DNA from: Acidimicrobiia bacterium
GTDB lineage: Bacteria > Actinomycetota > Acidimicrobiia > Spongiisociales > UBA5794
Assembly (NCBI GenBank): GCA_036985935.1
Contig: BTQP01000001.1
Span: 1-44,731, forward strand
Direction of reading: 5' to 3'
Length of the DNA stretch: 44,731 bases
Shown here: in pieces, positions 1 through 10,353 of the stretch
How the letters are laid out: every line of letters begins with the position of its first letter
Position numbering within the stretch: position 1 is the stretch's first letter
The notes under the pieces: model-generated
Told to the model about the DNA's origin: nothing
What the model saw: the letters and a program-made list of their open reading frames with translations, nothing else
Database searches by the model: none
Position numbers and translations under genes: made by a program

Positions 1-39
1 CGCTGACGGTCCTGGCCCTGGCTTCCTACCCTGTGTGTC

Positions 40-1302
40 ATGGCGGATCGGGAGCGGTTCATACCTCAACGGGTCGGGCAGACCACGACGAAGCTGTGCA
101 GTCTGCCGTGGCTTGAAGATCACGATGGAGCTGAGCAGTTCCGCTCGTTCAGCCGGCTGACATCGGCGCTGTACCACTTCGAGTTCTACGACAGGGAACA
201 GATCGTAACCGAGGCTTGGGAACGCATCGACGACGACCCGGAGGCCGCCGCCGTTCTGGTCGCGGAACTCACCGGTCTACTCGAGGCCGCAAACTACACG
301 CCCGTCACGATGGCCGATCTCGACGACGCACTGGCCAACGAGTCACTGATCCCGCTGCGGCTCGAGGTAGAACTCGACGACTACGACGAACTGCTCATCT
401 ACCGCCGCGGCTGCAAGCAAGATACGATCGAGATCCCGAAGTGGATGGGGTTACGTTCCCGAGAAAAGACGTTCACCGTCGACAAGCGGGTGGTCGTGTA
501 CACGCGGATAAAGCCCCAAAGTTGGTTCGATGAGCGCAAGATCGATCCATCGAAGCGAAATCTCGTTCCCGGGCACATTTCACTCCGGCAGTTCCAGAAC
601 GTACCACGGGCCGACATCGAAATGCTGTTGCCGTCTACTCGGGTCGGGTTTCGACTGGTTGACTCCTTGCTCATCGGAGTTCCCGCGCTCGCCTCTGGCA
701 TTGCCGTGTTGGCCACCAAGGCGTTGGCAACTTTCGGTCTCATTTTCCTACTTGCGGGTTCCTGGCTCGGGATCCGTGACGAACGACCCAACATCGATCA
801 GGCCACTCTCGTCATCCTCCTCGGTGGAGTGATCGCCCTCGGAGGTTTCCTATTCCGCCAGTGGGCCAAACTGAAGAACCGTCGTCTGGAGTACCTCAAG
901 ACCCTCACCGAGGCTCTCTATTTCCGCACGCTGGGCGCCGGCCCCGGCGTCCTCCACACGCTCCTGTCGTCGGCGGAGCAGCAGGAAGTAGTGGAAGTGC
1001 TCCTTGGCTACCGCTTCTTGCTGGCCGCTTCCGACGGACTCGACGCGAAAGAGCTCGATGCTCGGGTCGAGAACTGGCTGCGAGACACCGGCCAGGGCGA
1101 CATCGACTTCGAGGTCAACGACTCGATAGCCAAATTGCGTCGCCTGGAAGTGATCGGTGGCGACCCCGTGATGCGGGCGCTGCCCCTACCCAGATCTCTC
1201 GCGCTGTTGGATCGCCGCTGGGACGATCTGTTTCAGTATCAGCCGACTGATGGCCCGTCCACCCAACGTGAGGTCGAAGACCGACACGGGACGATTGCCT
1301 GA
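40..1302 (+). CDS. Hypothetical membrane protein, possibly DUF3754/TMEM143-like
   Basis: 420-aa ORF starting at ATG 40. It has an acidic soluble N-terminal half and central hydrophobic helices (LLIGVPALASGIAVLATKALATFGLIFLLAGSWLGI; LVILLGGVIALGGFLFRQWAKL), then EYLKTLTEALYFRTL and a soluble C-terminus. The family assignment is from memory of this architecture only. It converges on priA. Confidence 0.6.
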   Translation: MADRERFIPQRVGQTTTKLCSLPWLEDHDGAEQFRSFSRLTSALYHFEFYDREQIVTEAWERIDDDPEAAAVLVAELTGLLEAANYTPVTMADLDDALANESLIPLRLEVELDDYDELLIYRRGCKQDTIEIPKWMGLRSREKTFTVDKRVVVYTRIKPQSWFDERKIDPSKRNLVPGHISLRQFQNVPRADIEMLLPSTRVGFRLVDSLLIGVPALASGIAVLATKALATFGLIFLLAGSWLGIRDERPNIDQATLVILLGGVIALGGFLFRQWAKLKNRRLEYLKTLTEALYFRTLGAGPGVLHTLLSSAEQQEVVEVLLGYRFLLAASDGLDAKELDARVENWLRDTGQGDIDFEVNDSIAKLRRLEVIGGDPVMRALPLPRSLALLDRRWDDLFQYQPTDGPSTQREVEDRHGTIA

Positions 1303-1332
1303 CCCGGACGGCAGGGACCGAAATGTCGTCTC

Positions 1333-3099
1333 CTAGAGATCAATCGGGTCGGCGTCGATGCGAACGCGTGCTCCGCGGTCTCTGAGCGACGCGACAAGCG
1401 ATCTGATAGCCGTGCGGGCGTGCGTGAGATCCTTACCCTGAATCAACCATCGGTCTCGGTCCTGCATCGCGGCCGGTCCGAGGACTGTGGCTGACTTCCC
1501 GACCGCATCCTCGACCGCCGTTCCGACGTCAACTTTCCTGTCGATCTCGAGTGCGATGAGTTCGCCGATTGGCGGAAACGACGATCGTCGGCGCTCGTCC
1601 AATTGTCGTGCAAGGAAGTCAGTCGGTCGTCCCGACCGCAGTGCCTCGACGACCGGTTGATCGGGGAGAGCCGTCTGGACGATCAACCGGTTGCCTCTCC
1701 CTCGTCGAAGAAGATTCGCGATTCGAACGAGCAGCCTCAGCGCATCCTCTGCCGCACGGTACGTAGGTGCCATGGCCATCCCGTCGATGTCGACTGCAAC
1801 AGCAAGGTCGATCGGGTGTTGGGTGACGATATCTCGCTCCGATCCAACGGTGATCTGTTTGTTCTCGCCTGCGACGCCGACCGCCTCACCAACTGAGCGG
1901 GCGATCGCGTCTCGCACCGAGCCGATACCCGCCCCGAGAGCTTCGAATCGCTGGCCCGAGCAGGAACTGCATGGTTCGAGCACCGCTCCACACCGCCTGC
2001 AGTCACCCTGGCGGGTGGCGGCTGTGCCGCAGACGAGACATCGCCGTAGTTCTCCGCAACGAATGCAGCGAAACGCCGGTGCGTAACCACGCACAGGCAC
2101 CAGCACGAAAGCGGTTAGACCCTTCCCGGTGACGCCGGCCAGCGCGATTCGCGTTCTTTCGAGCAGTACCGAACGCGACGGCGGCTCTTCGGCACGATCA
2201 GCGACTTCGACCAGAGGCCACGACCGGCCAGGCATCTCGATCACATTCGCACCAAGGGCTACGGTTTCGAGCGACGGCACGGGGGAAAGAAACGTCAACC
2301 CGCCACCTTCGACGTTGCTCCGTTTCACAGCGACCTCACGGACCCCGAGGGTTGGCGTTGAAGGGGATTTCATGACACGGCGAGAATCCTCCACGACAAC
2401 CGTCGACACCAAACCTGCCACCGGCCACAACATGATCTCGCGAGTGCCGACCAGGATCGAGTCACCGGAGGTCGCTGCGATCGACCATGCCCTCGTAGCG
2501 TCCTTGCCCGAAGACGAAGAGGTCGCGGACACGACGAGACCGGGGAATCGACGTTCGAGCTCTTCCGATATACGGGCAACTTCGATGACGCTTGGGGCCA
2601 CGATCATCGCACTTCCTTCGGATGTAACTACATCGCTGACGATGCGTTGAAGGTGCGACATGTGTGCGCGTGATGGAGAAACGATCACAACAGCATCGCT
2701 GCCACCGGAGGGGCGCCGTTCCGGCATAGGCGTATCGGACCGTGGAACGTTCGGCGGGATAGTCCGCCGGAGGATCACAGAAAGTGGCGACACGTAATGT
2801 GTCGCTGCCCACCGCAACACCTTCAGCATCGACTCGTCGAAACTCGGGATATCTCCTGACACCGCGTCGATTGGAAGCAGTTTCTTCCCCTTCGGAGCAT
2901 CGAATGTCGCCGTCACAAAGCCCTTGAGCCTACGACCAGACACCCGGATTCTCACGCGCGATCCGATGCGAACGTCGACCGTGTCTGGCACGAGATAGGT
3001 GAACCCATCATCGACTGCGAACGAAGGAATGTCTGGAACTACCTGACAGGCCCGTCGGACGTTCAGGTGCGTTCTCGCAAATCGAGGACGGCATCCCAT
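1333..3099 (-). CDS. priA: Primosomal protein N' (PriA), with degenerate ATPase motifs
   Basis: The N-terminal 3'-DNA-binding-like region (FTYLVPDTVDVRIGSRVRIRVSGRRLKGFV) aligns with the E. coli PriA N-terminus. There is a four-CxxC zinc cluster (CIRCGELRRCLVCGTAATRQGDCRRCGAVLEPCSSCSG). ATG 3099 is the only ATG, GTG or TTG codon in frame between residues 1 and 21 (the other candidates read as GTC, GTA, GTT and CTG), so the gene overlaps the coaBC 3' end by 37 nt. Confidence 0.8.
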   Translation of the reverse strand: MGCRPRFARTHLNVRRACQVVPDIPSFAVDDGFTYLVPDTVDVRIGSRVRIRVSGRRLKGFVTATFDAPKGKKLLPIDAVSGDIPSFDESMLKVLRWAATHYVSPLSVILRRTIPPNVPRSDTPMPERRPSGGSDAVVIVSPSRAHMSHLQRIVSDVVTSEGSAMIVAPSVIEVARISEELERRFPGLVVSATSSSSGKDATRAWSIAATSGDSILVGTREIMLWPVAGLVSTVVVEDSRRVMKSPSTPTLGVREVAVKRSNVEGGGLTFLSPVPSLETVALGANVIEMPGRSWPLVEVADRAEEPPSRSVLLERTRIALAGVTGKGLTAFVLVPVRGYAPAFRCIRCGELRRCLVCGTAATRQGDCRRCGAVLEPCSSCSGQRFEALGAGIGSVRDAIARSVGEAVGVAGENKQITVGSERDIVTQHPIDLAVAVDIDGMAMAPTYRAAEDALRLLVRIANLLRRGRGNRLIVQTALPDQPVVEALRSGRPTDFLARQLDERRRSSFPPIGELIALEIDRKVDVGTAVEDAVGKSATVLGPAAMQDRDRWLIQGKDLTHARTAIRSLVASLRDRGARVRIDADPIDL

Positions 3100-4250
3100 A
3101 TCAGGTTGGCGACCTGGGACTTTGGCAGCAGTGGATGCTCGGCAGTCGTTCCGTCTGGGTATATGAGGGCAACAGCATTCTCGTCAGATCCGAAGCCGGA
3201 TCCCTCGATCGTTACATCGTTGGCCACAAGAAGATCCACACCCTTCGTCCTCGCCTTCTCGGTCGCGGCATCAAGCGAACCGACCTCGGCCGCGAAACCC
3301 ACGAGAGTGGGTCTGTTCGCGAGGTCAGCGATGCCACCAAGCACGTCGGGTGTTGCCTCAAAAGTGATGTCGGGTGATCCCGCTGATCGACGCAGCTTCT
3401 CTGCAGCTGCGTCGGTTGGTCGAAAGTCGGCGACGGCTGCGGCCATGACGGCAATGTCACAGTCAGCGGCCCGGCTCCACGCAGCGTCTGCCATCTCGCT
3501 CGCAGTCTCAACTGCCACGAGCTCGATCCCGTGCGCATCGCTTGGACCGGGTGCAGCAGTTACCAGAATCACTGTCGCTCCCCTATCCACCGCTGTCTTC
3601 GCGAGCGCATTGCCCATCTTGCCACTCGAGCGATTCCCGACGTACCTGACAGGATCTATCGGCTCACGTGTGCCGCCCGCCGTGACCAGAACCGAAAGAC
3701 CGGACATGTCGCCCTGAGACATGAGGCGATCGACAGCATCGAAAATGTCTTCAGGTTCGGCGAGTCGGCCCATACCTTCGTCGCCCCCGGCCAGGGCACC
3801 CTCTTGTGGCGCAACGAGGGTGTAGCCGAAACCAGTGATCCGCTCGATGTTGGCCTGCGTTGCCGGGTGCTCCCACATTTCGGTGTGCATTGCTGGTGCG
3901 ACAACCACGAGGGCTGACGTCGCGAGCACCGTTGCGACAAGGGCATTGGAGGAGTCACCGGACGCAAGCTTCGCGATGGTCGATGCAGTTGCCGGGGCGA
4001 TAACGACTACATCCGCCCACCGCGCAAGCGTTGTGTGGGGAGAAACATCATCGTTGCCGAAGAGTTCAACGACCGGTTGGTGCCCCGTGATCGCTGCGAA
4101 GGTTGTTTCTCCAACGAACTTGCGAGCCGATGGGGTCATGACGGTCTTGACCTGTGCGCCTGCCTCGATGAGACGCCTGGCGAGGTAAACCGCTTTGTAG
4201 GCAGCGACGCCGCCGGTGACGCCGAGGACGATATTTCGCCCGGCGAGCAT
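3063..4250 (-). CDS. coaBC: Bifunctional phosphopantothenoylcysteine decarboxylase / phosphopantothenate-cysteine ligase
   Basis: MLAGRNIVLGVTGGVAAYK matches the E. coli Dfp N-terminus MSLAGKKIVLGVSGGIAAYK. The C-terminal CoaB part carries GNRSSGKMG. I preferred ATG 4250 over the ORF-track GTG 4256 because GAGGAG lies 8 nt upstream of it. Confidence 0.9.
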   Translation of the reverse strand: MLAGRNIVLGVTGGVAAYKAVYLARRLIEAGAQVKTVMTPSARKFVGETTFAAITGHQPVVELFGNDDVSPHTTLARWADVVVIAPATASTIAKLASGDSSNALVATVLATSALVVVAPAMHTEMWEHPATQANIERITGFGYTLVAPQEGALAGGDEGMGRLAEPEDIFDAVDRLMSQGDMSGLSVLVTAGGTREPIDPVRYVGNRSSGKMGNALAKTAVDRGATVILVTAAPGPSDAHGIELVAVETASEMADAAWSRAADCDIAVMAAAVADFRPTDAAAEKLRRSAGSPDITFEATPDVLGGIADLANRPTLVGFAAEVGSLDAATEKARTKGVDLLVANDVTIEGSGFGSDENAVALIYPDGTTAEHPLLPKSQVANLIWDAVLDLRERT

Positions 4251-4255
4251 CGTCA

Positions 4256-4489
4256 CTACTCCTCAACCGGAGCGATGACGACCTTGTCTTCGTAGATTTC
4301 CTCGAGGGCGATGGAAAGGGGCTTGCGAGACAGCGAGTGAACCTGAGGTGGCACGTATCCGCCGATACCTGCTCCGAGTTCGTTGAAGTACGCGTTGATC
4401 TGTCGGGCCCTGCGTGCCGAAAGTACGATGAGGCCAAAACGCGTACCCGTCTTTTCGACGATTACGCCAATGGGCGGTTCGAGCATCAT
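4256..4489 (-). CDS. rpoZ: DNA-directed RNA polymerase subunit omega
   Basis: 77-aa protein with the RpoZ core (RFGLIVLSARRARQINAY). It sits in the conserved gmk-rpoZ-coaBC context. GAGGAG lies 10 nt upstream of the ATG. Confidence 0.85.
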   Translation of the reverse strand: MMLEPPIGVIVEKTGTRFGLIVLSARRARQINAYFNELGAGIGGYVPPQVHSLSRKPLSIALEEIYEDKVVIAPVEE

Positions 4490-4524
4490 GGTCTGCGATC
4501 TCCTCGTAGTACGGGTGGTGTGGG

Positions 4525-5109
4525 CTATGAGCCTGGTACGGCTGACGCCGGACCCTGCAGTATATCCAGAACTTGTGCGATCGCGTCACTCAGATCGTCG
4601 TTCACCACAAAATGGTCGAAGACCTCAGGTGCCCCGTCTATCTCGCGTTCCGCGACGCTGAACCTTCTGTCGATGTCTTCAGGCGACGTATCGCCGCGAG
4701 ACTCGAGCCGGGCGCGCAGTTCCTCGAGCGACGGCGGTGTTATGAAGATGAAGATTCCGTTGGGATGAGACTTCCTCACCTGTTTCGCCCCCTCGATCTC
4801 GATGTTCAGAACAACGTTGACGCCCGCATCGAGCGCCGGTTCCACCTCGTTCATCATGGTTCCATAGAGATGTCCTGCAAACTCCGCCCACTCGAGCAGC
4901 AAGTCATTCTCTATGGCCTCCTGGAACGCTTTGCAGCTCAAGAAGTGGTAGTCGACACCGTCGACTTCGCCAGCTCTGGCGGGTTTCGTCGTTGCCGATA
5001 CAGAGAATTTCGAGTTCGTGGCAGCCAACACACCGTCGATGATGCTCGATTTTCCGACACCCGACGGTCCGGCAACAACGATCAGCTTTCCTCTTTGCAC
5101 TAGAGCCAC
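4525..5109 (-). CDS. gmk: Guanylate kinase
   Basis: P-loop GPSGVGKSS and a guanylate kinase fold sequence. The ORF-track start at 5118 is a TTG directly abutting the only purine run. GTG 5109 has better spacing. The start is uncertain by 3-6 codons. Confidence 0.85.
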   Translation of the reverse strand: MALVQRGKLIVVAGPSGVGKSSIIDGVLAATNSKFSVSATTKPARAGEVDGVDYHFLSCKAFQEAIENDLLLEWAEFAGHLYGTMMNEVEPALDAGVNVVLNIEIEGAKQVRKSHPNGIFIFITPPSLEELRARLESRGDTSPEDIDRRFSVAEREIDGAPEVFDHFVVNDDLSDAIAQVLDILQGPASAVPGS

Positions 5110-5142
5110 ATCAGCCAACCTTTGCGCTGTTCTTTCGTGGCA

Positions 5143-5451
5143 CTATGAGAAGCGTTCCAGGAGTTGGGCCCTCTGGTTCTTGCCGAGGCCGCGCAACGTT
5201 CTGTTGTCGGCGATGCCGATTTCCTCGAGCAGCCTCTTCGTCGCGACCTTGCCCATGCCAGGCATCGATACGACGATCGCCTGGATCTTTGTACCTGCCA
5301 CGAGATCGTCCTCCTCAGCCCGTTCGAGAACATCGCTGAAGTTCAGGCTTCCCGTCTTGAGCAACTGTTTGATCTCGGCGCGCACGCGCCTGGCTTCTCC
5401 TGCTCTCGCAAGGGCCGCAGCGCGTTGTTCATCCGTCATCTCCGGCAACAT
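5143..5451 (-). CDS. mihF: Integration host factor, actinobacterial type (mIHF)
   Basis: MLPEMTDEQRAAALARAGEARRVRAEIKQLLK aligns with the remembered M. tuberculosis mIHF sequence MALPQLTDEQRAAALEKAAAARRARAELK. ATG 5451 is preceded by GAAAGGA at 7 nt. The ORF-track start at 5484 is a TTG overlapping the pyrF stop. Confidence 0.8.
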   Translation of the reverse strand: MLPEMTDEQRAAALARAGEARRVRAEIKQLLKTGSLNFSDVLERAEEDDLVAGTKIQAIVVSMPGMGKVATKRLLEEIGIADNRTLRGLGKNQRAQLLERFS

Positions 5452-5480
5452 GTCATAGTCCTTTCGACGTATGCATCGTA

Positions 5481-6194
5481 TCAACGCTCCTCTAGGAGAG
5501 CGTTGATCTCGCTCAGGATCTCCCCTGCCGCAGCCTCGGGATCGTTCGCCTGGGTGATCGGCCTTCCGATCACCAGGTACGTCGCGCCCTTGGTTATGGC
5601 CTCCTGCGGTGTTGCTACACGCGCCTGGTCGTCATCTGAGCGGTGAACTCGAATGCCCGGCGTCACCCTGACGAGTCTTGGGGCAGCTTGGCGCACAACA
5701 TTGAGTTCCAACGGCGAACACACGAGTCCCTCACACCCCGAGACTTCCGCGAGTTTCGCCATTCTTCCAACGATCTGGCCAGGCGTCCTCTGGAATCCGA
5801 TCCGTTGCAGGTCCCGCTCATCGAGAGAGGTGAGAACAGAAACACCGAGTATCCCAGCTTGTGCGCCGCCGGATCCGCGCTCCAGACCTGAGGCGGCAGC
5901 TTCAAGCATCGCTGCTCCTCCCGATACGTGCGCGGTGACCCAGCGGGCGCCGTGTTGACCAAGTCTGTTGGCCGCGGCCTCAACCTGGGATGGGATGTCG
6001 TGAAGTTTCGCATCTACGAAGACGGGACGGTCAAGTCGCACAAGTGCGTCGATCGTTCCAGGACCAGGGCCATGGAGCAGCCCGAGTCCAATCTTGAAAG
6101 CCCCGACACTCGGTGCTACCCGCTTTGCCATCAACAATGCCTCTTCTGCAGATGGAAGATCCAGAGCGACAATGATGGGGTTGTGCGTCACCAC
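5481..6194 (-). CDS. pyrF: Orotidine 5'-phosphate decarboxylase
   Basis: The conserved part begins at [14 protein letters not shown] and continues with FVDAKLHDIP and PGIR. GTG 6194 and GTG 6191 form a GTGGTGA junction with the pyrD stop. The ORF-track N-terminus (to 6428) is Arg-rich and lies inside pyrD. Confidence 0.85.
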   Translation of the reverse strand: MVTHNPIIVALDLPSAEEALLMAKRVAPSVGAFKIGLGLLHGPGPGTIDALVRLDRPVFVDAKLHDIPSQVEAAANRLGQHGARWVTAHVSGGAAMLEAAASGLERGSGGAQAGILGVSVLTSLDERDLQRIGFQRTPGQIVGRMAKLAEVSGCEGLVCSPLELNVVRQAAPRLVRVTPGIRVHRSDDDQARVATPQEAITKGATYLVIGRPITQANDPEAAAGEILSEINALLEER

Positions 6195-7099
6195 GGTTCG
6201 TACGCTCCGGTGAGGGTCGCGATATCGTCGATCTTGCGCTTGCGCATGTACCGATGCAGGTCCCTGATGATGCCGTTCGCTACGCGAGGTTGTGCGAAGT
6301 GGGCGGTTCCAATGGCCACAGCCGACGCACCTGCGAGCATGTACTCGAGCACATGGTTTGCGTGCGAGACTCCACCGCAGGCGAGAATAGGCACCTCCGG
6401 TAGTCCTGAGGCGATCTCCAGTACGCAACGCATCGTGATCGGGCGAATCGCCGAACCCGAATACCCGCCGGTGAGCCCGCTCAACACCGGCCGACGGGTT
6501 TCCACGTTGATGGCCGCGCCCAGGACGGTGTTCGCGACGACAACCCAGTCCGCGCCGGCATGCATGACTGAATCAGCGACCGGCAGGATCGGCGTCGCGT
6601 CCGGCGACAACTTTGCGCCGATCGGAAGGTCCGTAGCGGCTCTGACGGCCGCAACTACCTGTCCGCTCAAGACAGGATCGAGAGCGAAAGCGGTCCCTTC
6701 GAGGTTTGGACACGAGAGGTTGACTTCGACCGCAGCAACCCCGCTGCCCGCCATGCGTGAAGCGACCACGGCGAATCCCTCCGTGTCATGAGCTACCACG
6801 CTCCCCCACACCTGGGTGGGCAAGGTTTCGATGCTCGGGCCGACTTCCTCGAGCCACACGTCGATGCCAGGGTTCTGAATCCCAATGCCATTCAACATCC
6901 CATGATCTGTCGGAGCCAATCTCGGTGGTTTCCGACCGGGCCACGGCTCGGGTGCGACAGACTTCGCCGTCGCCGCACCATAGTTCGCCCAGTCGATGAC
7001 CTTCGCGAACTCAACGACGGATCCAACCGTGCCAGAGGCTGCCACGAGTGGGGTACTCAGGCTGACAGGTCCGAGGTTCACATCCAGCGTGCCACTCAT
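6188..7099 (-). CDS. pyrD: Dihydroorotate dehydrogenase, class 1 (1B-like catalytic subunit)
   Basis: Motifs [25 protein letters not shown] (class 1 catalytic Cys), [10 protein letters not shown] and [12 protein letters not shown] resemble the lactococcal PyrDB sequence as I remember it. The start forms an ATGA overlap with the carB stop. Confidence 0.85.
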   Translation of the reverse strand: MSGTLDVNLGPVSLSTPLVAASGTVGSVVEFAKVIDWANYGAATAKSVAPEPWPGRKPPRLAPTDHGMLNGIGIQNPGIDVWLEEVGPSIETLPTQVWGSVVAHDTEGFAVVASRMAGSGVAAVEVNLSCPNLEGTAFALDPVLSGQVVAAVRAATDLPIGAKLSPDATPILPVADSVMHAGADWVVVANTVLGAAINVETRRPVLSGLTGGYSGSAIRPITMRCVLEIASGLPEVPILACGGVSHANHVLEYMLAGASAVAIGTAHFAQPRVANGIIRDLHRYMRKRKIDDIATLTGAYEPW

Positions 7100-10000
7100 T
7101 GCAGGATCGCCTTGTGGTGATCTTGCAGAGACAACACGGCTCCGTCGGCCAGGCGATTCGCTGCGATGCTGTTCGCAACGGCAAGCCCTCCCGCGGCTGT
7201 CGTCACACTCGCTATCCCGTGGCGGTTCGCTGCCATGCGGATGAGCCGGCCGTCTCCACGCGCCTTGCCGCCCGCTGGCGTGTTTATAACGAGATCGATT
7301 CTGTCCTCCGAGATGAGTCGGAGGGGGTCGTATGGGCCCTCTCCGACCTTGTCGACATGGGTTGTTGCAATCGAGTGTCGCGCAAGATTTCCGGCTGTCC
7401 CATGGGTTGCATAGATCTTGAATCCAAGATCGGTAAGTGTCCTAGCGATCTCTGCGCCGACCGGTTTGTCGCGATCGGCGAGTGAAAGGAAGACCGACCC
7501 CTCGTTCGGGACCTTGTGGCCTGCCCCACTGAGCGCCTTTGCGTATGCCATACCTGTTGAGTCACCGAGGCCCATCACCTCACCTGTTGCCCGCATCTCG
7601 GGGCCGAGCATTGTGTCCTCGTCCGGGAAGCGGGTCCAGGGCAGGACAGCTTCCTTTACAGCGGTGTAGGGCAGGTCGGGTGTCGTCGGCGGTAGGACTC
7701 CCGACGCTTGTAGCTCTGCGATCGATTCTCCGAGCATGACGCGCGTTGCGATCTTGGCGAGAGGAACACCCGTTGCTTTGGAGATGAAGGGGATCGTCCG
7801 CGACGCCCTCGGGTTGGCCTCGAGCACAAAGACATCGTCGCCCTGGACGGCGAATTGGATATTCAACAGGCCTCGCACGCCCAGTCCGTCGGCGAGTCTC
7901 CGTGTGATGTCACGTACCTCGGCGACCACATCGGTTGAAAGATGCGGTGGTGGCACGACACATGCAGAGTCCCCGGAGTGGACTCCGGCCTCTTCGACAT
8001 GTTCCATGATCCCGCCGACGTACAGGTCGACACCGTCGAATACGGCATCCACATCCACTTCGATCGCCGACTCGAGGAAACGGTCGATGAGGAGTGGCGA
8101 ACGAGAAAGATCCACTTCTCCTCCAGGTGTCGCCCCATACATTTCCGTGAGGTAAGCCGACAGTTCCTCTATCGAATAGATGATCCTCATTGCTCTTCCT
8201 CCGAGCACGTACGAGGGACGCACGAGTGCGGGAAAGCCGATCCGATCGACGACGGCGTGGGCCTCGGCAGCAGACAGCGCAGTTCCGTTGGCAGGCTGCC
8301 GAATCCCGAACTCAGTACACAACCGGGAGAAGCGCTCCCGGTCTTCCGCCATGTCGATGGCGTCGGGGGTCGTGCCGGCTATTGGAACCCCTGCCGCTTC
8401 GAGCGCCCCGGCAAGACCCAGCGGGGTTTGGCCTCCGAGCTGCACGATCACTGCCATTGGTTTCTCCACCTCGACGATCGCGAGCACGTCTTCGGCTGTC
8501 AGTGGCTCGAAATACAACCGGGTCGATGTGTCGTAGTCGGTCGAGACGGTTTCGGGGTTGCAGTTGACCATCACGGTCTCGTAACCCGTTTCCTCTAGGG
8601 CGAACGCCGCATGGACGCAGCAGTAGTCGAATTCGATTCCTTGCCCGATACGGTTCGGTCCCGATCCCAGAACCATGACCGTCTTTGGTCCTGATGGCGG
8701 CGCTTCAGACTCCTCCTCGTATGTCGAGTAAAAGTACGGTGTCGACGCGGCGAATTCCGCAGCGCAGGTGTCCACCGTCTTGTACGTGACCGAGATCGAA
8801 CCGACCGAGCGCTGCTCGCGAACATCGGCCTCGTGGGTCTTCCACAGGTAGGCGATCTGGGCATCAGAGAAGCCGAAGCGTTTCGCGGTGCGCAGGATCT
8901 CGGGATCGTTCGGATTGGTCTCCACCATGTGGCGAATGCCAACCGTTTCTGCGATCTGGTCGATGAACCATGGGTCAATTGCCGTAGCGTCCGCGATCGC
9001 CCCCGCATCGAGACCGCGGCGCAGCGCCTCAGCGACCTCGAAGATGCGCACCGGCGAGGCGACGGGAAGGGCAAGGAGCAGATCGTCATCAGAAACCGAT
9101 TCGAGCTCATGCTCCGTAGGGTCCGCGCCGAGGCCCAGTCTCCCGGTTTCGAGAGACCTCAACGCTTTTTGCAGCGCCTCCGGGAACGTGCGTCCGATCG
9201 CCATGGCTTCACCAACCGACTGCATCGATGTGCCGAGGACTGGGTCAACGGACGGAAACTTGGCAAAGTCGAATCGTGGGATCTTGACGACCACATAGTC
9301 GAGGGTCGGCTCGAACGAAGCTGGCGTGGCCTTGGTGATGTCGTTCACGATCTCGTCCAGGGTGAATCCAACGGCGAGCATCGCCGCCATCTTGGCGATC
9401 GGAAAACCGGTGGCCTTTGATGCGAGCGCTGAGGAACGCGAAACTCTCGGGTTCATCTCGATGATGATGCGTCTCCCGGTCCGTGGGTCAACTGCGAACT
9501 GGACGTTCGATCCCCCGGTTTCAACGCCGACAATCCGCAAACAAGCGATCGCGTCGTCCCTCATCTCCTGGTATTCCCTGTCGGACAGCGTCATCGCTGG
9601 CGCGACGGTGATGCTGTCGCCCGTGTGGACGCCCATCGGATCGATGTTCTCGATCGAACACACGATGACTGCGTTGTCCGCAGCGTCCCGCATCACCTCG
9701 AGTTCGTACTCTTTCCAACCAGCGATCGACTCCTCAATGAGCAATTCCCCCACGGGTGACGCCGCGAAGCCGTTCGATACGATCTCGTCGAATTGCTCAG
9801 CGCTATATGCGAGTCCTGTCCCTCCGCCGCCGAGTATGAAACTGGGTCGGACCATCACAGGGAGACCGAGATCTTCGAGGGCTGAAAGAGCTTCCTCAGT
9901 CGTTCTGACGTAGTGGGCCCTGGGCGTAGCGATTCCCGCATCGTCCATCAGCTCCTTGAACTGGCCACGATCTTCGGCGGCTTCAATCGCCTGTAGCGAC

Positions 10001-10353
10001 GCTCCGATCAATTCAATGTCGAGTTCCTCGAACACTCCGTTCGCGGCGAGCTCCATGGTCACGTTGAGGGCGGTCTGGCCTCCAAGTGTTGGCAGTACCG
10101 CGTCCGGTCTCTCTTTTCGCAAGATCTCGGCGACGCTCTGGGCAGTGATCGGCTCTATGTATGTGGCGTCTGCGAATTCGGGGTCGGTCATGATCGTCGC
10201 AGGGTTCGAGTTCACGAGGATGACGCGGTACCCGAGCTCTCGCAAGACCTTCACCGCCTGGGTGCCGGAGTAGTCGAATTCGCATCCCTGCCCGATGATG
10301 ATCGGGCCGGATCCAATGACCAGGATCGATGTTATGTCACTGCGCCTCGGCAC
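7096..10353 (-). CDS. carB: Carbamoyl-phosphate synthase large subunit
   Basis: [30 protein letters not shown] aligns residue-for-residue with E. coli CarB [30 protein letters not shown]. The duplicated ATP-grasp halves are present. GTG 10353 was read from the sequence. The ORF-track extension to 10593 lies inside carA. Confidence 0.95.
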   Translation of the reverse strand: MPRRSDITSILVIGSGPIIIGQGCEFDYSGTQAVKVLRELGYRVILVNSNPATIMTDPEFADATYIEPITAQSVAEILRKERPDAVLPTLGGQTALNVTMELAANGVFEELDIELIGASLQAIEAAEDRGQFKELMDDAGIATPRAHYVRTTEEALSALEDLGLPVMVRPSFILGGGGTGLAYSAEQFDEIVSNGFAASPVGELLIEESIAGWKEYELEVMRDAADNAVIVCSIENIDPMGVHTGDSITVAPAMTLSDREYQEMRDDAIACLRIVGVETGGSNVQFAVDPRTGRRIIIEMNPRVSRSSALASKATGFPIAKMAAMLAVGFTLDEIVNDITKATPASFEPTLDYVVVKIPRFDFAKFPSVDPVLGTSMQSVGEAMAIGRTFPEALQKALRSLETGRLGLGADPTEHELESVSDDDLLLALPVASPVRIFEVAEALRRGLDAGAIADATAIDPWFIDQIAETVGIRHMVETNPNDPEILRTAKRFGFSDAQIAYLWKTHEADVREQRSVGSISVTYKTVDTCAAEFAASTPYFYSTYEEESEAPPSGPKTVMVLGSGPNRIGQGIEFDYCCVHAAFALEETGYETVMVNCNPETVSTDYDTSTRLYFEPLTAEDVLAIVEVEKPMAVIVQLGGQTPLGLAGALEAAGVPIAGTTPDAIDMAEDRERFSRLCTEFGIRQPANGTALSAAEAHAVVDRIGFPALVRPSYVLGGRAMRIIYSIEELSAYLTEMYGATPGGEVDLSRSPLLIDRFLESAIEVDVDAVFDGVDLYVGGIMEHVEEAGVHSGDSACVVPPPHLSTDVVAEVRDITRRLADGLGVRGLLNIQFAVQGDDVFVLEANPRASRTIPFISKATGVPLAKIATRVMLGESIAELQASGVLPPTTPDLPYTAVKEAVLPWTRFPDEDTMLGPEMRATGEVMGLGDSTGMAYAKALSGAGHKVPNEGSVFLSLADRDKPVGAEIARTLTDLGFKIYATHGTAGNLARHSIATTHVDKVGEGPYDPLRLISEDRIDLVINTPAGGKARGDGRLIRMAANRHGIASVTTAAGGLAVANSIAANRLADGAVLSLQDHHKAILQ

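Noticed and set aside
1303-1332. 30-nt convergent gap between the DUF3754-like gene and priA, examined for a bidirectional terminator.
   Set aside because: Only weak 4-5 bp complementarity (GGACG/CGTC) is present, and there is no T- or A-run. Nothing is reportable.
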